Counted from the first letter of the stretch, positions 41,479 through 52,201 are shown. The stretch: 64,000 nucleotides of DNA from Spirochaetaceae bacterium (GCA_051531975.1 JAOPTT010000010.1:32001-96000), one strand, 5' to 3'. Notes: generated from the letters alone by a model not told the origin. Numbers and translations are program-made.

Positions 41479-41968
41479 AGATAACCTCCAGATATTTCTC
41501 GAAACCTTTTACAATTTCGTCTGTTGCTTCCTGGGGATCTACAGATTCTATATTAATCCAATGAATAAACAGAGAATCACCTTTTACATCCACAGTAATT
41601 GTACCTGGCGTAAGGGTAATTGAGTTTGCTAAACAGAGCCTACCTAATCTACTTTTTAAAGTAGTTTTAACTTCTACGATACCAGGATTAATTGGCATTT
41701 TAGGGGTTAATACAATAAGTGCTATTTGGATATTAGACTTAACTACTGCCCATAAAAAGATAAAGATATAGACGATACCATAACCAATCTTTTTTGGAAC
41801 TAATTTAAGTTCTCCGTATACTTCCGAACCAGGGAGTGGAACAAGAATAAAAAATAGAGTAATTAACACCCCTATAATTGAATCTTGTAGACTCAGTGGA
41901 AAAACCAATAGAACCCATAACCCAAATATTGAAAGGGCTAACGGAATCCTAAACCAGAATTTTTTCAT
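41471..41968 (-). CDS. mnhE: MbxA/MrpE (MnhE) subunit
   Basis: LANSITLTPGT; ATG 41968 after GGAGG. Confidence 0.9.
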   Translation of the reverse strand: MKKFWFRIPLALSIFGLWVLLVFPLSLQDSIIGVLITLFFILVPLPGSEVYGELKLVPKKIGYGIVYIFIFLWAVVKSNIQIALIVLTPKMPINPGIVEVKTTLKSRLGRLCLANSITLTPGTITVDVKGDSLFIHWINIESVDPQEATDEIVKGFEKYLEVIFG

Positions 41969-42000
41969 TTTTACCTCCGGCATTAAATATATCTATTTCG

Positions 42001-42056
42001 ATACATATAGAAAATAATATGTATTAAATTATCGATTGAATCTGAGCCAAAGTCAA
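42001..42056 (-). promoter_or_regulatory. Sigma-70 promoter of the mbx operon with a palindromic operator candidate
   Basis: TTGACT (42056-42051)-N17-GATAAT (42033-42028); ATACATAT-N8-ATATGTAT at 42001-42024. Confidence 0.55.
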
Positions 42057-42334
42057 GGAAAATGTTTAGTAGTTTACAAACAGGCTATAATTGGGCTTAA
42101 AGTGCCTTAGAACATAAAATATTAGAATATATGATAATAAGAGCCTATATTATTAGGATATTGACATAAAATACTTTTCAGCTATTGTAGAGAAATCTCC
42201 CTATTTAAGGAATTTGATAAGCCCTACTTTCCTACCTTGGCGGTATGAATTTCTCTCTATTTTAAGCCAAAAACTGTATCAGGCTTGCTCATATTTTCCT
42301 ATATATATTCTGCAGTTCACAATTAATTGATATA

Positions 42335-43186
42335 TTATTGATTTAAATATTGATTAAATCCCTCACCTAAAACTTCATGTGTAAAACTTACAGAAATAAA
42401 TGCGTTTGGATCTAAGTTTCTTATAAATAGTTTTAATTTTATGTACTCTTTTTTATTTAAAATAGCCTGAATAACCTGTTTTGTTTCCCCAGTATATCCA
42501 CCAACAGCTTCGTAGATTGTAGTAGTTCTATCTATAGATTTTACAACAAAATCATTAATCTGTTTTGACTGCTTACTAATAACTACAACATGGAGTTTTT
42601 GTTCAAACCCGGCTATAACTCTGTCTATAACAAGTCCATTTAGTACAATTCCGACAAATGCCCATAACCCTAGAGTAAAACCAAAGGCAAACCCGGCAGA
42701 AATTACGACAACAAAATCTGTAATTAATAACGCACGTCCTATTTCGGTATGAAAGTATTTATTAATAACTTTTGCAACAATATCAGTACCACCAGTGGAT
42801 GCATCCTGATAAAAAATAAGCCCCATTCCTAAGCCCTGGATAACTATCCCAAAAATTAGATTTAAAAGAGTATCATCAACAATCGGTCCACTTAGAGGAA
42901 AAAACATCTCAAATAAAAATATAATACCTGATAGAGCTAAACTTGAATAAATAGTATTTGCTGTAAATTTTTTGCCAAAGAGAATTAAGGCCACTAAAAT
43001 TAAAACAACATTCATAACTGTCATAACTATTCCAATAGGAATTATAGGTACAAAATGGTTTATAACCATAGCTAGACCAATAATTCCACCTGCTGCTAAA
43101 TCCGATGCAATTAAAAAGAAGTGCAGTCCTATAGCCATAACTATTAGACCGACATTTATAAGTAAAAATTTCTTAAGTTTTTTCAT
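42335..43186 (-). CDS. YitT family membrane protein
   Basis: LAAGG..GLA, STGGTD, GGYTG, DPNAF, EVLGEGF. Confidence 0.9.
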   Translation of the reverse strand: MKKLKKFLLINVGLIVMAIGLHFFLIASDLAAGGIIGLAMVINHFVPIIPIGIVMTVMNVVLILVALILFGKKFTANTIYSSLALSGIIFLFEMFFPLSGPIVDDTLLNLIFGIVIQGLGMGLIFYQDASTGGTDIVAKVINKYFHTEIGRALLITDFVVVISAGFAFGFTLGLWAFVGIVLNGLVIDRVIAGFEQKLHVVVISKQSKQINDFVVKSIDRTTTIYEAVGGYTGETKQVIQAILNKKEYIKLKLFIRNLDPNAFISVSFTHEVLGEGFNQYLNQ

Positions 43187-43255
43187 AACTTGTAAAATCT
43201 AACATGATAAATACGACAATACAACACCTCTAGTACCAATTATGATTTTAACAAA

Positions 43256-43282
43256 TAACAGAGAGGATTATCCTCTCTGCTA
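43256..43282 (-). terminator. Terminator after tyrS
   Basis: TAGCAGAGAGGA-taa-TCCTCTCTGTTA then TTTGTT on minus strand. Confidence 0.7.
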
Positions 43283-43341
43283 TCAATTACTTTTGTAGTA
43301 AAATAATAGACTATTAATAACTTACAATCACAAATAGTACT

Positions 43342-44553
43342 TTAACCTAGAAATTTTACAAACCGTCTTTTTCCAACTTTAATAGTTAAAGATTCACCTT
43401 GTTTCAGATTAATAAAAAGATCACTGTTATCTATTTTTTCTCCATCAATTTTAATAGCCCCCTGGGATATTAATCTCTTAGCCTCTGTTACAGAGGGTAC
43501 TAATTCATAAGTTTTTAATAAATTGATAAGTTTACTCTCTTTAGTACCAATAGTAACTTCTGGGATATCTGTTGGGGCTTCTTTATTACTAAATACTTTA
43601 AGAAACTCATCTTTACAAAAGTCAGCCTCTTTCTTGGAATGATATATAGAGACAATTTCACTGGCTAATTCCAACTTTAAATCCCTAGGATTCTCAAGTT
43701 TCAGTCTCTCTTCAATTATTAAAACTTGATCCTGGTTAAAATTTGTACAGTAGCTAAAAAAAGTAGTTATTATATCGTCTCTAATAGCCATAACCCTACC
43801 AAACTTATCTGATGCTTTTGACAACACAGGTATATGATTATTAAAAGATTTACTCATTTTTCTACCATCGGAACCTAAAAGAAGTGGCATAAAAAGTGCA
43901 ACCTGTGGTTCTAATCCTGAATCCTTTAACATATCCCTTCCACATAAGATATTAAACTTCTGATCCATACCTCCAAGTTCTACATCGCACTCTATTTGTA
44001 CAGAGTCCCAGGCTTGTAATACAGGGTAAAATAGTTCATGCAGAGAGAGTCTAGCACCTGTTTCAAGTCGTTTCTTAAAAGTTTCGTGACTTAACATATG
44101 GGCTACAGAGAATTTAGAACTAGCAGTTAGAAGATCCTGCAGATCAACTTTGTTAAACCAATCACTCTGTTTATGAATTGTAGTTTTATCCCTATCTACA
44201 ATTTTGAATATCTGCTGGCTATAGGTTTCTGCATTGTTTTCTACATCATTAGCTGTAAGTGGAGGTCTCTCTGAATTCCTTCCTGTAGGGTCACCTATTC
44301 TAGCAGTGTAATCTCCAATAATAAGATGGGCATGGTGTCCTAAATCCTGAAACTGTCTAATCTTCTTATAAACAGTCATATGGCCTAAATGCACATCCGG
44401 GGATGTAGGATCAATTCCCATTTTAATTTTTAATGCAATTCCAGTCTCTAAACTTTTTTTAATTTTAGCTTCTAACTCTTTAACTGGCATAATTTCAGCT
44501 ACACCCTCTGTAATAATTCCCATCTGTCTTTGAACTTCTAGCTCTATATTCAT
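43342..44553 (-). CDS. tyrS: Tyrosyl-tRNA synthetase
   Basis: GIDPTSPDVHLGH, LGGMDQKFN, KMSKS, C-terminal S4 domain; ATG 44553 after AAGGGGG. Confidence 0.96.
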   Translation of the reverse strand: MNIELEVQRQMGIITEGVAEIMPVKELEAKIKKSLETGIALKIKMGIDPTSPDVHLGHMTVYKKIRQFQDLGHHAHLIIGDYTARIGDPTGRNSERPPLTANDVENNAETYSQQIFKIVDRDKTTIHKQSDWFNKVDLQDLLTASSKFSVAHMLSHETFKKRLETGARLSLHELFYPVLQAWDSVQIECDVELGGMDQKFNILCGRDMLKDSGLEPQVALFMPLLLGSDGRKMSKSFNNHIPVLSKASDKFGRVMAIRDDIITTFFSYCTNFNQDQVLIIEERLKLENPRDLKLELASEIVSIYHSKKEADFCKDEFLKVFSNKEAPTDIPEVTIGTKESKLINLLKTYELVPSVTEAKRLISQGAIKIDGEKIDNSDLFINLKQGESLTIKVGKRRFVKFLG

Positions 44554-44572
44554 ATTTTTCCCCCTTATAAAC

Positions 44573-44606
44573 AAAAAAAAGACCCGTAGGATATACCTAC
44601 GGGTCT
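44573..44606 (-). terminator. Attenuator terminator directly upstream of tyrS
   Basis: AGACCCGTAGG-tatat-CCTACGGGTCT running into a T8 tract. Confidence 0.9.
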
Positions 44607-44627
44607 GAAATTGTTCATAATTTAATA

Positions 44628-44711
44628 TTACAACTTCTGTAGCTTATACCTTACAAAAAAGAGTGAGTTGTAATAATAATAATAGTTTGTATTTGCTACA
44701 GAAATATTCAT
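44628..44711 (-). CDS. Tyr-rich leader peptide MNISVANTNYYYYYNSLFFVRYKLQKL
   Basis: ATG 44711 after AGGT, TAA 44630-44628; TAT TAT TAT TAT TAC at 44684-44670; upstream of terminator and tyrS. Confidence 0.85.
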   Translation of the reverse strand: MNISVANTNYYYYYNSLFFVRYKLQKL

Positions 44712-44874
44712 ACCTAATTATTAGCATAGATATTAAGGTTTGTACAGAAGAGAACATTAAGGTTCTGTTTTAACTGATACAGAAGTTATGAATAGGAGTA
44801 TTTGATAATTCTATAAATAATATATGTACATAGTTTAAACTAAATAATATTTATACTTGTTAAATGAAATAGTA

Positions 44875-45408
44875 TTAACACAAAATAGCTTCAGGTATTT
44901 CCCGAAATATCTCTTTTACTAAAACATCATGTTTATCTGTAAATAGTGAAATTCTTCTTCCATTACTTGAACCTGTATCTTCTGTTATTATAGAAATATT
45001 ATTGTTTATTAAGAAATTTTCAGCACAAAAAATATTTCTTTGTCCTATTGATTGGTCATTTTTTGTGCTTGGTATTATACTTCCACCACCAAAGATTTTT
45101 GCTTCAATAGATGTAACTTCAGCACCAAATTCAACCATTTTATTTATCAACTCTTTATTAGCATTATCACCAAATCTTAGGGCAGATAGATTTGATTCAT
45201 TATTAAGATATTCTATATTTGAATTACTATTTTGGGGAAGCATATAGTGATTCATACCTGAAACCCCATTTTTTTTGTCAAACAGGCATATAGAGATGCA
45301 TGAACCTAGTATCGTAGTAATAATTTCATCTTTTCTACTAACGTATACTTCACCGGGAAATATAGTTACCTGATCAATTTTATATTGTTGGTTAAAAACT
45401 CTTGTCAT
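44875..45408 (-). CDS. cheD: Chemoreceptor glutamine deamidase CheD
   Basis: TILGSCISICLFD, GMNHYMLP, AKIFGG, IGQRN. Confidence 0.9.
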   Translation of the reverse strand: MTRVFNQQYKIDQVTIFPGEVYVSRKDEIITTILGSCISICLFDKKNGVSGMNHYMLPQNSNSNIEYLNNESNLSALRFGDNANKELINKMVEFGAEVTSIEAKIFGGGSIIPSTKNDQSIGQRNIFCAENFLINNNISIITEDTGSSNGRRISLFTDKHDVLVKEIFREIPEAILC

Positions 45409-45627
45409 TTTGTACTACCTATTCAAATATTTTTTTTAAATTATTGCTCTATGTAATAGACCTTATTTATACAAAAAAACCTGTATTATCCAGACCCTAT
45501 AATTAATAAATTTAATCAAATTAATTCAATTTGTATTAATTTTATACGCATCCTATAGTAAACACAATAGTTCATGAAACTAAGAACACGAATATTTAAT
45601 ATAAACATAAGTACCAGATATGTGAAC

Positions 45628-46206
45628 CTAATATGCACGAATAGCACGTACTGAATAAGTATCCCATTCTGCGCCATCACTACTAAAACTTCCATCACTA
45701 AAATTCATATAACCAGCATATCCATCAGTTTCTAAAGATGATGACCAATAATTTTCTGAATCAAAATTACCAATCAAATCCTTTTTAGAATATAAACTTT
45801 CTAATTCAGATTTTGAAGGTAAAAACCAATCGCTATAACCATTTCGATCAGAAGAGTCACATGCATTTGCAGCATATGTTCCAGAACCTAAAGTATCAAC
45901 AAGAAGCTGCGTATTACTACTTCCTAGCCCTACTGATGAAAATAAATCATTTATATCTACGTAGTTTCCATAACCATTATACCAATACATTTCTGAATTT
46001 TCATCAGTCATTGCAACTTCTAAAAATCTCCAACCATCAGAATAACTACCTTTATCATAGAAAATGTAACCTCCAGATGGGCCAATTTCTAATTCATTAG
46101 CGTCTTCTAATTCATTAGCTTCTGGAGCATATTTAAAAAATGGATTTATAGAGAGCTGATCACAACTAAAAAGTAGTATTAATATAGCAAGTTTAATTAT
46201 TTTCAG
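45628..46206 (-). CDS. Lipoprotein with CLec-fold (DUF1566/Lcl-like) C-terminal domain; CTG start
   Basis: Frame stays open 65 codons upstream of the track ATG (46011) to a CTG after AGGAG; LLFSC lipobox; GPSGGYIFYDKG..DGWRFLE; DWFLPSKSEL, YWSSS, VRAIRAY. Confidence 0.75.
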   Translation of the reverse strand: MKIIKLAILILLFSCDQLSINPFFKYAPEANELEDANELEIGPSGGYIFYDKGSYSDGWRFLEVAMTDENSEMYWYNGYGNYVDINDLFSSVGLGSSNTQLLVDTLGSGTYAANACDSSDRNGYSDWFLPSKSELESLYSKKDLIGNFDSENYWSSSLETDGYAGYMNFSDGSFSSDGAEWDTYSVRAIRAY

Positions 46207-48014
46207 AACAGTACTCCTATAGATGGTGAGTATATAAAGTCAGCATCATCTGATAAAAAGTTTGTTGGATAAAAATAATTGTTTATTTGCAAGATGATTC
46301 TACCTAAAGGAATACTAAAACCTAAATTTAAACCAATATCTGTTACATAACCTAAGTTGGACTCATAGTCATCTTGATCAAATATTATGTATCCAAGGCC
46401 ATCTTGACTGGTTATATTCTGATATCTAATTAAATCTGATGTTATCCCCGCGTATAACCAAAAAGGTTTTTTAAAAAAATAGTAGTTAAACTCCAATGGG
46501 ATTGCTACTGAATAATAATCATAATAAGCAAAGGAAAGACCCATTTTCAAACCAAATCTCTTGGTAGGATTCCATAGAGAACTAGCTGTTACTAGAGATC
46601 CACCTCCAACATATGCATTCCACATGAATGTATCAAATTCTGGGATGTTTACTGTAAAATTTGAATCTGGTTTTAATTCAAGAAATTTTGTTTCCCATTC
46701 CAATACAGAACCTTTTGATAATTTTACATTTCTCTGTTTCATTAAATCCCAAATATCACCGTAATACTCTTTTAGGTGCTTTACAAACTGATACTTACTT
46801 TTTGTCTTTTTATCACTAAGATAAGAATTATACAGAGCTTCTATATATAAACTATCATTTCTGTATAAATTTAAAAAATCCTTAGAAAACCAAAATGTAA
46901 GAGCTTTGACTTCATTTTCATGAGAGTAATACCCCTCATAATCTTTCTTTACTAAAAGTTTTATTCCTTCTAATTTTTGTAAAACTGAAATCAACTGAAC
47001 ACTTCTTAGAAACTCTTGTTCAGCTATACTTTTATTTTCACTATCTTTTAAGAATTTATGACTTATCTGAAAAAATGAAGTGTTTATATTCTCTTTATTA
47101 TTAAAGTTTTCAATTGCATTATTAAGTTCTCTATTTATTTCTAAACGTAATAATAGTTGCTCGATATCTTTCTTCTCAATTATTAGAGTTGGGCTAAATG
47201 ACAAATCGTCCATTGATTCTAAAAGAGCTTTAACTTCCATAAGCCGAATGTCAATATCAATATTATTTACAATTGTATTTTTGGCTAATATAGCTATATT
47301 TTTAATATTCTCTTCTTCATAAGCTGTTAAATATGGAACAGAGAAATCTATATTAAGCTTTTCCCTCTCTTTTAAAAGATACTCTTTCGAGAATATAACT
47401 TTCTTCTGGTTAAACCTATTTTGTTTTATCTCTATTAAGTATGTTCCGTTTAATACTTTAGGTATATGAATAGTGTTATTACCAACAAAAGAGCCATTCA
47501 AGTAGATCTCAAAAGCTGCTTTTTCGCCACGATTATTAAAATTTATTGATCCAAAACCAATATGCTCATCACTAAAACGACTTAACATCTCAGATATTAA
47601 AATTTCTGAAATATCAAAAATATCAAAGTAGTTTTCTGCAATATAATCTTTTGATAATAAAAGACTATCTGTTTTACTCTCATAAAGAGAGTTATTTAGT
47701 ACAATATTATTTTTTTCATCAAGGTTAAGAAAACCATAAATAACATTATCTATATAGTTTTCTATAACATAGTTATGTAATTCACCTTTTGACAAACCAG
47801 AGTGTTCATCTTGTTGATCAATCAATATCTCGTATATACCCATATATTTAAGGGAATTAGTTATGGTAGAGTTTATACTAGAACATATAGCATTATAGAT
47901 ATCATCGTCTACTTGGTTTTCGAAGGGAATAATTAAAATTCTAGGTTTTATATCGTTTGAATGAACTAAAGAGATAAAATTAATAATAATAAAGGCTATT
48001 AATATCTTTTTCAC
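46203..48014 (-). CDS. Exported protein with PEGA-like middle and aromatic beta-strand C-terminus (possible outer-membrane protein)
   Basis: Signal peptide, ILIIPFEN, IYLNGSFVG..G.YLIEIK, terminal SIGVLF. Confidence 0.55.
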   Translation of the reverse strand: MKKILIAFIIINFISLVHSNDIKPRILIIPFENQVDDDIYNAICSSINSTITNSLKYMGIYEILIDQQDEHSGLSKGELHNYVIENYIDNVIYGFLNLDEKNNIVLNNSLYESKTDSLLLSKDYIAENYFDIFDISEILISEMLSRFSDEHIGFGSINFNNRGEKAAFEIYLNGSFVGNNTIHIPKVLNGTYLIEIKQNRFNQKKVIFSKEYLLKEREKLNIDFSVPYLTAYEEENIKNIAILAKNTIVNNIDIDIRLMEVKALLESMDDLSFSPTLIIEKKDIEQLLLRLEINRELNNAIENFNNKENINTSFFQISHKFLKDSENKSIAEQEFLRSVQLISVLQKLEGIKLLVKKDYEGYYSHENEVKALTFWFSKDFLNLYRNDSLYIEALYNSYLSDKKTKSKYQFVKHLKEYYGDIWDLMKQRNVKLSKGSVLEWETKFLELKPDSNFTVNIPEFDTFMWNAYVGGGSLVTASSLWNPTKRFGLKMGLSFAYYDYYSVAIPLEFNYYFFKKPFWLYAGITSDLIRYQNITSQDGLGYIIFDQDDYESNLGYVTDIGLNLGFSIPLGRIILQINNYFYPTNFLSDDADFIYSPSIGVLF

Positions 48015-48213
48015 AATTTAACTTAATATGTAGCGTAGATGATGTCAAACTTTTTTAAATTTTTTTCTAAAAGCAAGATAATATTATATAAACGAAATGA
48101 CAGTTTACATCTCTGCTTACACTTGAATATATTTTCTACTGAACTGATACAGCAGAGAATATTTAATATAAGTCCCAGATATGTAGAATAATAGAAATAA
48201 TATCAATAATTTA

Positions 48214-48930
48214 TTAATTTCCACTAATGATTTTTTTCTCTGCTATTGTAATTACTTTTTTCATTTCACCACTTTCTATCATCTCTTTAATAGCATTATC
48301 AACTATAGGAACAATCTCTGATTTACTAACATATATATAGTGGAATAGGTCAAGGACTGCCAGAGGATTTTCAAAAGGAATAATATCTGTATACCCTAAT
48401 TTTTTTATTGCAATAAGACCATCAACAGTATTAGTTAGTGCAATATCAATCCTCTTGTTTTCTAGCATTTTTATCATCTGTAATGTAGTATTAATATTCA
48501 CAACATCATCTAAACCTTCTGTGATATTATTAGTATGTTTAACCCCACGAACTTTCCCCACTCTATAATTTATTAGATCCTCTTTATTATTAATAACAAT
48601 ACCGCTGTCTTTTTTTATGAAACCCATTGTTTCAAGGTAATAATATGGAGTTGGAACCCTAACTGAGGTAGGATTTTCTTCTCCATAGCTATATATTCTC
48701 ATAATTTCACCATCTTTCTTGCCAGATATAGCTAATTGTTGAGCTCTTATTCCCGGTACTGGTGTTATTGAGACTTCAAGATCAAGTTTCTTATATATTT
48801 CAAGAATGATAAGTCGTCCAATTTTCTGCTCAATTAAATTTTCGATAGATACAAAATCATAATCCTCACCATAAGAAAAGCCAGTAATTATTATTGAAAA
48901 TAGCATTAATGAAGCAATGATTTTTTTCAC
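48214..48930 (-). CDS. Periplasmic substrate-binding protein, family 3-like
   Basis: Signal peptide; DGEIMRI, VGKVRG, RIDIAL. Confidence 0.75.
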   Translation of the reverse strand: MKKIIASLMLFSIIITGFSYGEDYDFVSIENLIEQKIGRLIILEIYKKLDLEVSITPVPGIRAQQLAISGKKDGEIMRIYSYGEENPTSVRVPTPYYYLETMGFIKKDSGIVINNKEDLINYRVGKVRGVKHTNNITEGLDDVVNINTTLQMIKMLENKRIDIALTNTVDGLIAIKKLGYTDIIPFENPLAVLDLFHYIYVSKSEIVPIVDNAIKEMIESGEMKKVITIAEKKIISGN

Positions 48931-49129
48931 ATAAAAGTCCTTTTATATTTAGTATAATTCAATTCTAATTATTGTATTAGAAAAATAATGTTAATCTACA
49001 GTTAAGAAAATATATGAAACCATCTATATTTATTAAAAGTATAATCATTTCTGTAAACAAAAAGCACAACATGGAGTCAGAAGGCAGTTCTATATTCATG
49101 ATAGTTGTATTCAAAAGTAATACAGTTGC

Positions 49130-52100
49130 TTATTTTTCGTGTATAACATCGTATATAAGTTTACTAAGTTCATCAATTCTGTATGGTTTTGCTAAATAAC
49201 CTGATAACCCAAAGCCTTTAAGATCTGTACAATTGATATTATCTGTAAATCCGGAGGATATTATGATTCTGCTGTTATCATCAATTTCTTTCATTTTAAA
49301 AAAGGCATCTCGACCATTAACATTCGGCATTACCATATCCATTAATACCAGGTCTATTTCAGAATGTTTACTACTAAAAATATTTATCGCCTCATGCCCA
49401 TCTTTTGCGGTAATAACATTATACCCAAGCTCTTTAAGCATATCATTTACAGTAATACGAATAAGTTCTTCATCATCAACTACCAGTATGTTACCGCTTC
49501 CAATAACTGCCTTATGATAAGTTTTCTTTTCAACAGTTCTACTTTCTGCACATGGTAATAGGATCGTGAACATTGTTCCAGATTTCTCTTTACTATATAC
49601 GCTTATTGAGCCATGGTGTTCAGTTATTGTTGTGTAAGCAGATGCCAGCCCGAGGCCTGTGCCTTTACCTTTTTGTTTTGTTGTAAAAAACGGGTCAAAT
49701 ATTTTATCTATTATACCTTCAGGAATTCCTATTCCATCATCTTTAATCGTTATTCTACAATATTCACCTTCTTCCAATTCAAATAAAGAATTTTGGCAAT
49801 ATCCTTTATCTAATACAGTATTTTGCACAGTAATCTCTATATTTCCACAATCACTCATAGCGTGACTTGAATTGATTCCTAGATTTATGAATATATTCTG
49901 TAATGCAGAAAAATCACCATTAACAATATTGAAATCAGATTCATTGTGAATAGATATTTTGATCCTTTTATCTAATGATCTTGATAATATAGAAATAACA
50001 TCTTCTAATAGTTTATTAAGATCTATATTACTTTTATTAAAGACTCTATTCCCACCAAAAGTTAATAACTTTGTAGTTAGATCAGCAGCTCTACTTGATG
50101 TTTGAATAATCAAATCAACATATCTTTTTGACTTATCATCAAGATTTCTTTTAGGAGAGAGTAGCAGCTGGGATGAATTCATTATTGCAGTCAAAAGATT
50201 ATTAAAATCATGAGCTATTCCCCCAGCTAAAAGCCCAAGGGCTTCCATTTTATTTGCCTGCTGAAGTTTTCCCTCTAGAATTTTAGTTTGAAGTAGAGAA
50301 TTGTGATTTTGGGATAACTGTAACTGACTTGATATTCTGGCTAAAAGCTCATATTTGGAAAAAGGTTTTGTAATGTAATCATTTGCGCCTACAGAAAATC
50401 CCTGGACAAAATCAGTAATCAGGTTTTTAGCAGTTAGTAGTATTATGGGTAGTTCATTTGCAGTATATTTTTTTCGAAGTATTTGACAAACATCAAAACC
50501 AGACATTTTTGGCATCATAACATCTAATAAAATTAAGTTTGGATTTCCATATTTTTGAATAAGTTCCAAAGCTTCCTGCCCACTCTCGGCACCAATGCAA
50601 GAGTAATTTTCTAGAGAAAGATAGTTAATAATCATTTTTACGTTTATTGGATCGTCATCAACTATTAAAATTTTAAACAAACTGTTTTTTGCAGTATCGT
50701 CTTTAGAAGAGTAAGAATTTTCTTTAACTATTTCATCAGGATCTTCAAAGACTATAGAATTCATGATAGTTGAAGAAGTAGGGGTTTTCTCTGCATTCTT
50801 TTTAGATTTAAGCAGAGTGAAAAAAAAGGTAGTACCTTTTCCAAGAATTGATTCAACCCGGATACTCCCCCCATGTAATTCTATAAGTTGTTTGGTAATC
50901 GCTAATCCTAAACCAGTTCCTCCATATAATCTCTCTGTCGAACTATCAATTTGCTCAAATGACTCAAACACTGAATCTAGGTTTTCTTCAGAAATACCAA
51001 TTCCAGTATCCTTAACTGATATTTCAAGAGTATTACCGATATCTTTTGCAGAGATTTCAATATTTCCTGATTCCGTAAATTTAATTGCATTACCAACTAA
51101 ATTATATAAAATTTGTTGTACTCGGTTTTCATCAGCCATAACTGTAGAAAATTCAGGATTAATTTTATTATTAAAAGTTACATTTTTTGACTTAATTAAA
51201 GGTTTTGATAACTTTAGAACAATATCTGCAATTGAATACATATCCACTGCTAAAAAAACTATTTCGATATCCTGATTTTTCATTTTTGAAAAATCAAGAA
51301 TATCATTTATTAAGTATGAAAGTCGTTTCCCAGCCTGAGTAATCATTTTAAGGTCACCTTTTTGAGCTGGAGTAACAGGCCCACCAATTCCTTCCGATAA
51401 GGTTTCACTAAGCCCGATAATTCCACCTAGGGGAGTACGGAGTTCATGGGATGTATTTGTTAAAAAAGAATCCTTAATCTTATTTAAGCGTTGAAGTTCA
51501 TTATTCTGAAGATCTACTAGTTCTTTTTCTTTTATAAAAGTCAAACTACGAGATAGAGCAATCATAAAGATAGCAACTAAAAGCAGTAAACTGGAAATAA
51601 TTCCCAGATATTGAATATTTTGTTTTTTATCCTTAAGTTCAATATTGAGAATGTTTGTTAATTCTAGAAAAATAGCCTCCATTGTTGTTCTAACAACTTG
51701 AAATGATCGTATATTCTCAATCAGAAGTGTAATTTTTGTTCCAGTTCTTGACTTAAATGATTGCAAGGTATCAAATTCTTCTAAATTACCACTTTCGAAC
51801 AGGACCAATAAATCATTTTCAATTAGTTTGGCATCTTCTTTATTTATCTCCCAGAGAGCATAGATCGTCTGTTCCATCTCAGCAAAATCAACATGGGTTG
51901 ATTTTATGTCTATAATAGTTGGTAACTGTGAAAGTTTGATAAATTTTTCTTCAAAGCTTACCCTAGAATCCTGCCACTCTTCATAACGGTTTTCTATATA
52001 TTCGTCTATAAGTAATGATTGAATGCTAATATTTACGACCGATAATGAGTGAAGTAGTTCTTGAAGATTTGTCTGGGCATTATCAAGTTTTTCCATTTTC

Positions 52101-52189
52101 CCATAGGCAAAAATAAGCACACCGATCATAGAAATCTGGAGGACAAACAAGACTATTATAAGAGAAAACCAACCGAGTTTACGTTTCAT
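49130..52189 (-). CDS. Hybrid kinase with two transmitter cores (TM-HisKA-HATPase-REC-HisKA-HATPase-REC)
   Basis: [42 protein letters not shown]. Confidence 0.92.
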   Translation of the reverse strand: MKRKLGWFSLIIVLFVLQISMIGVLIFAYGKMEKLDNAQTNLQELLHSLSVVNISIQSLLIDEYIENRYEEWQDSRVSFEEKFIKLSQLPTIIDIKSTHVDFAEMEQTIYALWEINKEDAKLIENDLLVLFESGNLEEFDTLQSFKSRTGTKITLLIENIRSFQVVRTTMEAIFLELTNILNIELKDKKQNIQYLGIISSLLLLVAIFMIALSRSLTFIKEKELVDLQNNELQRLNKIKDSFLTNTSHELRTPLGGIIGLSETLSEGIGGPVTPAQKGDLKMITQAGKRLSYLINDILDFSKMKNQDIEIVFLAVDMYSIADIVLKLSKPLIKSKNVTFNNKINPEFSTVMADENRVQQILYNLVGNAIKFTESGNIEISAKDIGNTLEISVKDTGIGISEENLDSVFESFEQIDSSTERLYGGTGLGLAITKQLIELHGGSIRVESILGKGTTFFFTLLKSKKNAEKTPTSSTIMNSIVFEDPDEIVKENSYSSKDDTAKNSLFKILIVDDDPINVKMIINYLSLENYSCIGAESGQEALELIQKYGNPNLILLDVMMPKMSGFDVCQILRKKYTANELPIILLTAKNLITDFVQGFSVGANDYITKPFSKYELLARISSQLQLSQNHNSLLQTKILEGKLQQANKMEALGLLAGGIAHDFNNLLTAIMNSSQLLLSPKRNLDDKSKRYVDLIIQTSSRAADLTTKLLTFGGNRVFNKSNIDLNKLLEDVISILSRSLDKRIKISIHNESDFNIVNGDFSALQNIFINLGINSSHAMSDCGNIEITVQNTVLDKGYCQNSLFELEEGEYCRITIKDDGIGIPEGIIDKIFDPFFTTKQKGKGTGLGLASAYTTITEHHGSISVYSKEKSGTMFTILLPCAESRTVEKKTYHKAVIGSGNILVVDDEELIRITVNDMLKELGYNVITAKDGHEAINIFSSKHSEIDLVLMDMVMPNVNGRDAFFKMKEIDDNSRIIISSGFTDNINCTDLKGFGLSGYLAKPYRIDELSKLIYDVIHEK

Positions 52190-52201
52190 TAGAACTCCAT
52201 T

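Noticed and set aside
42150..42320. Possible gene or IS remnant (minus-strand ATG 42292, MSKPDTVFGLK*)
   Set aside because: Several stops, no recognisable family, no matching second inverted repeat
44560..44800. T-box riboswitch upstream of tyrS
   Set aside because: No GGTGGNACC T-box motif or stem I seen; the leader-peptide model fits better
45400..46300. Diversity-generating retroelement
   Set aside because: No reverse transcriptase or template repeat seen in the window
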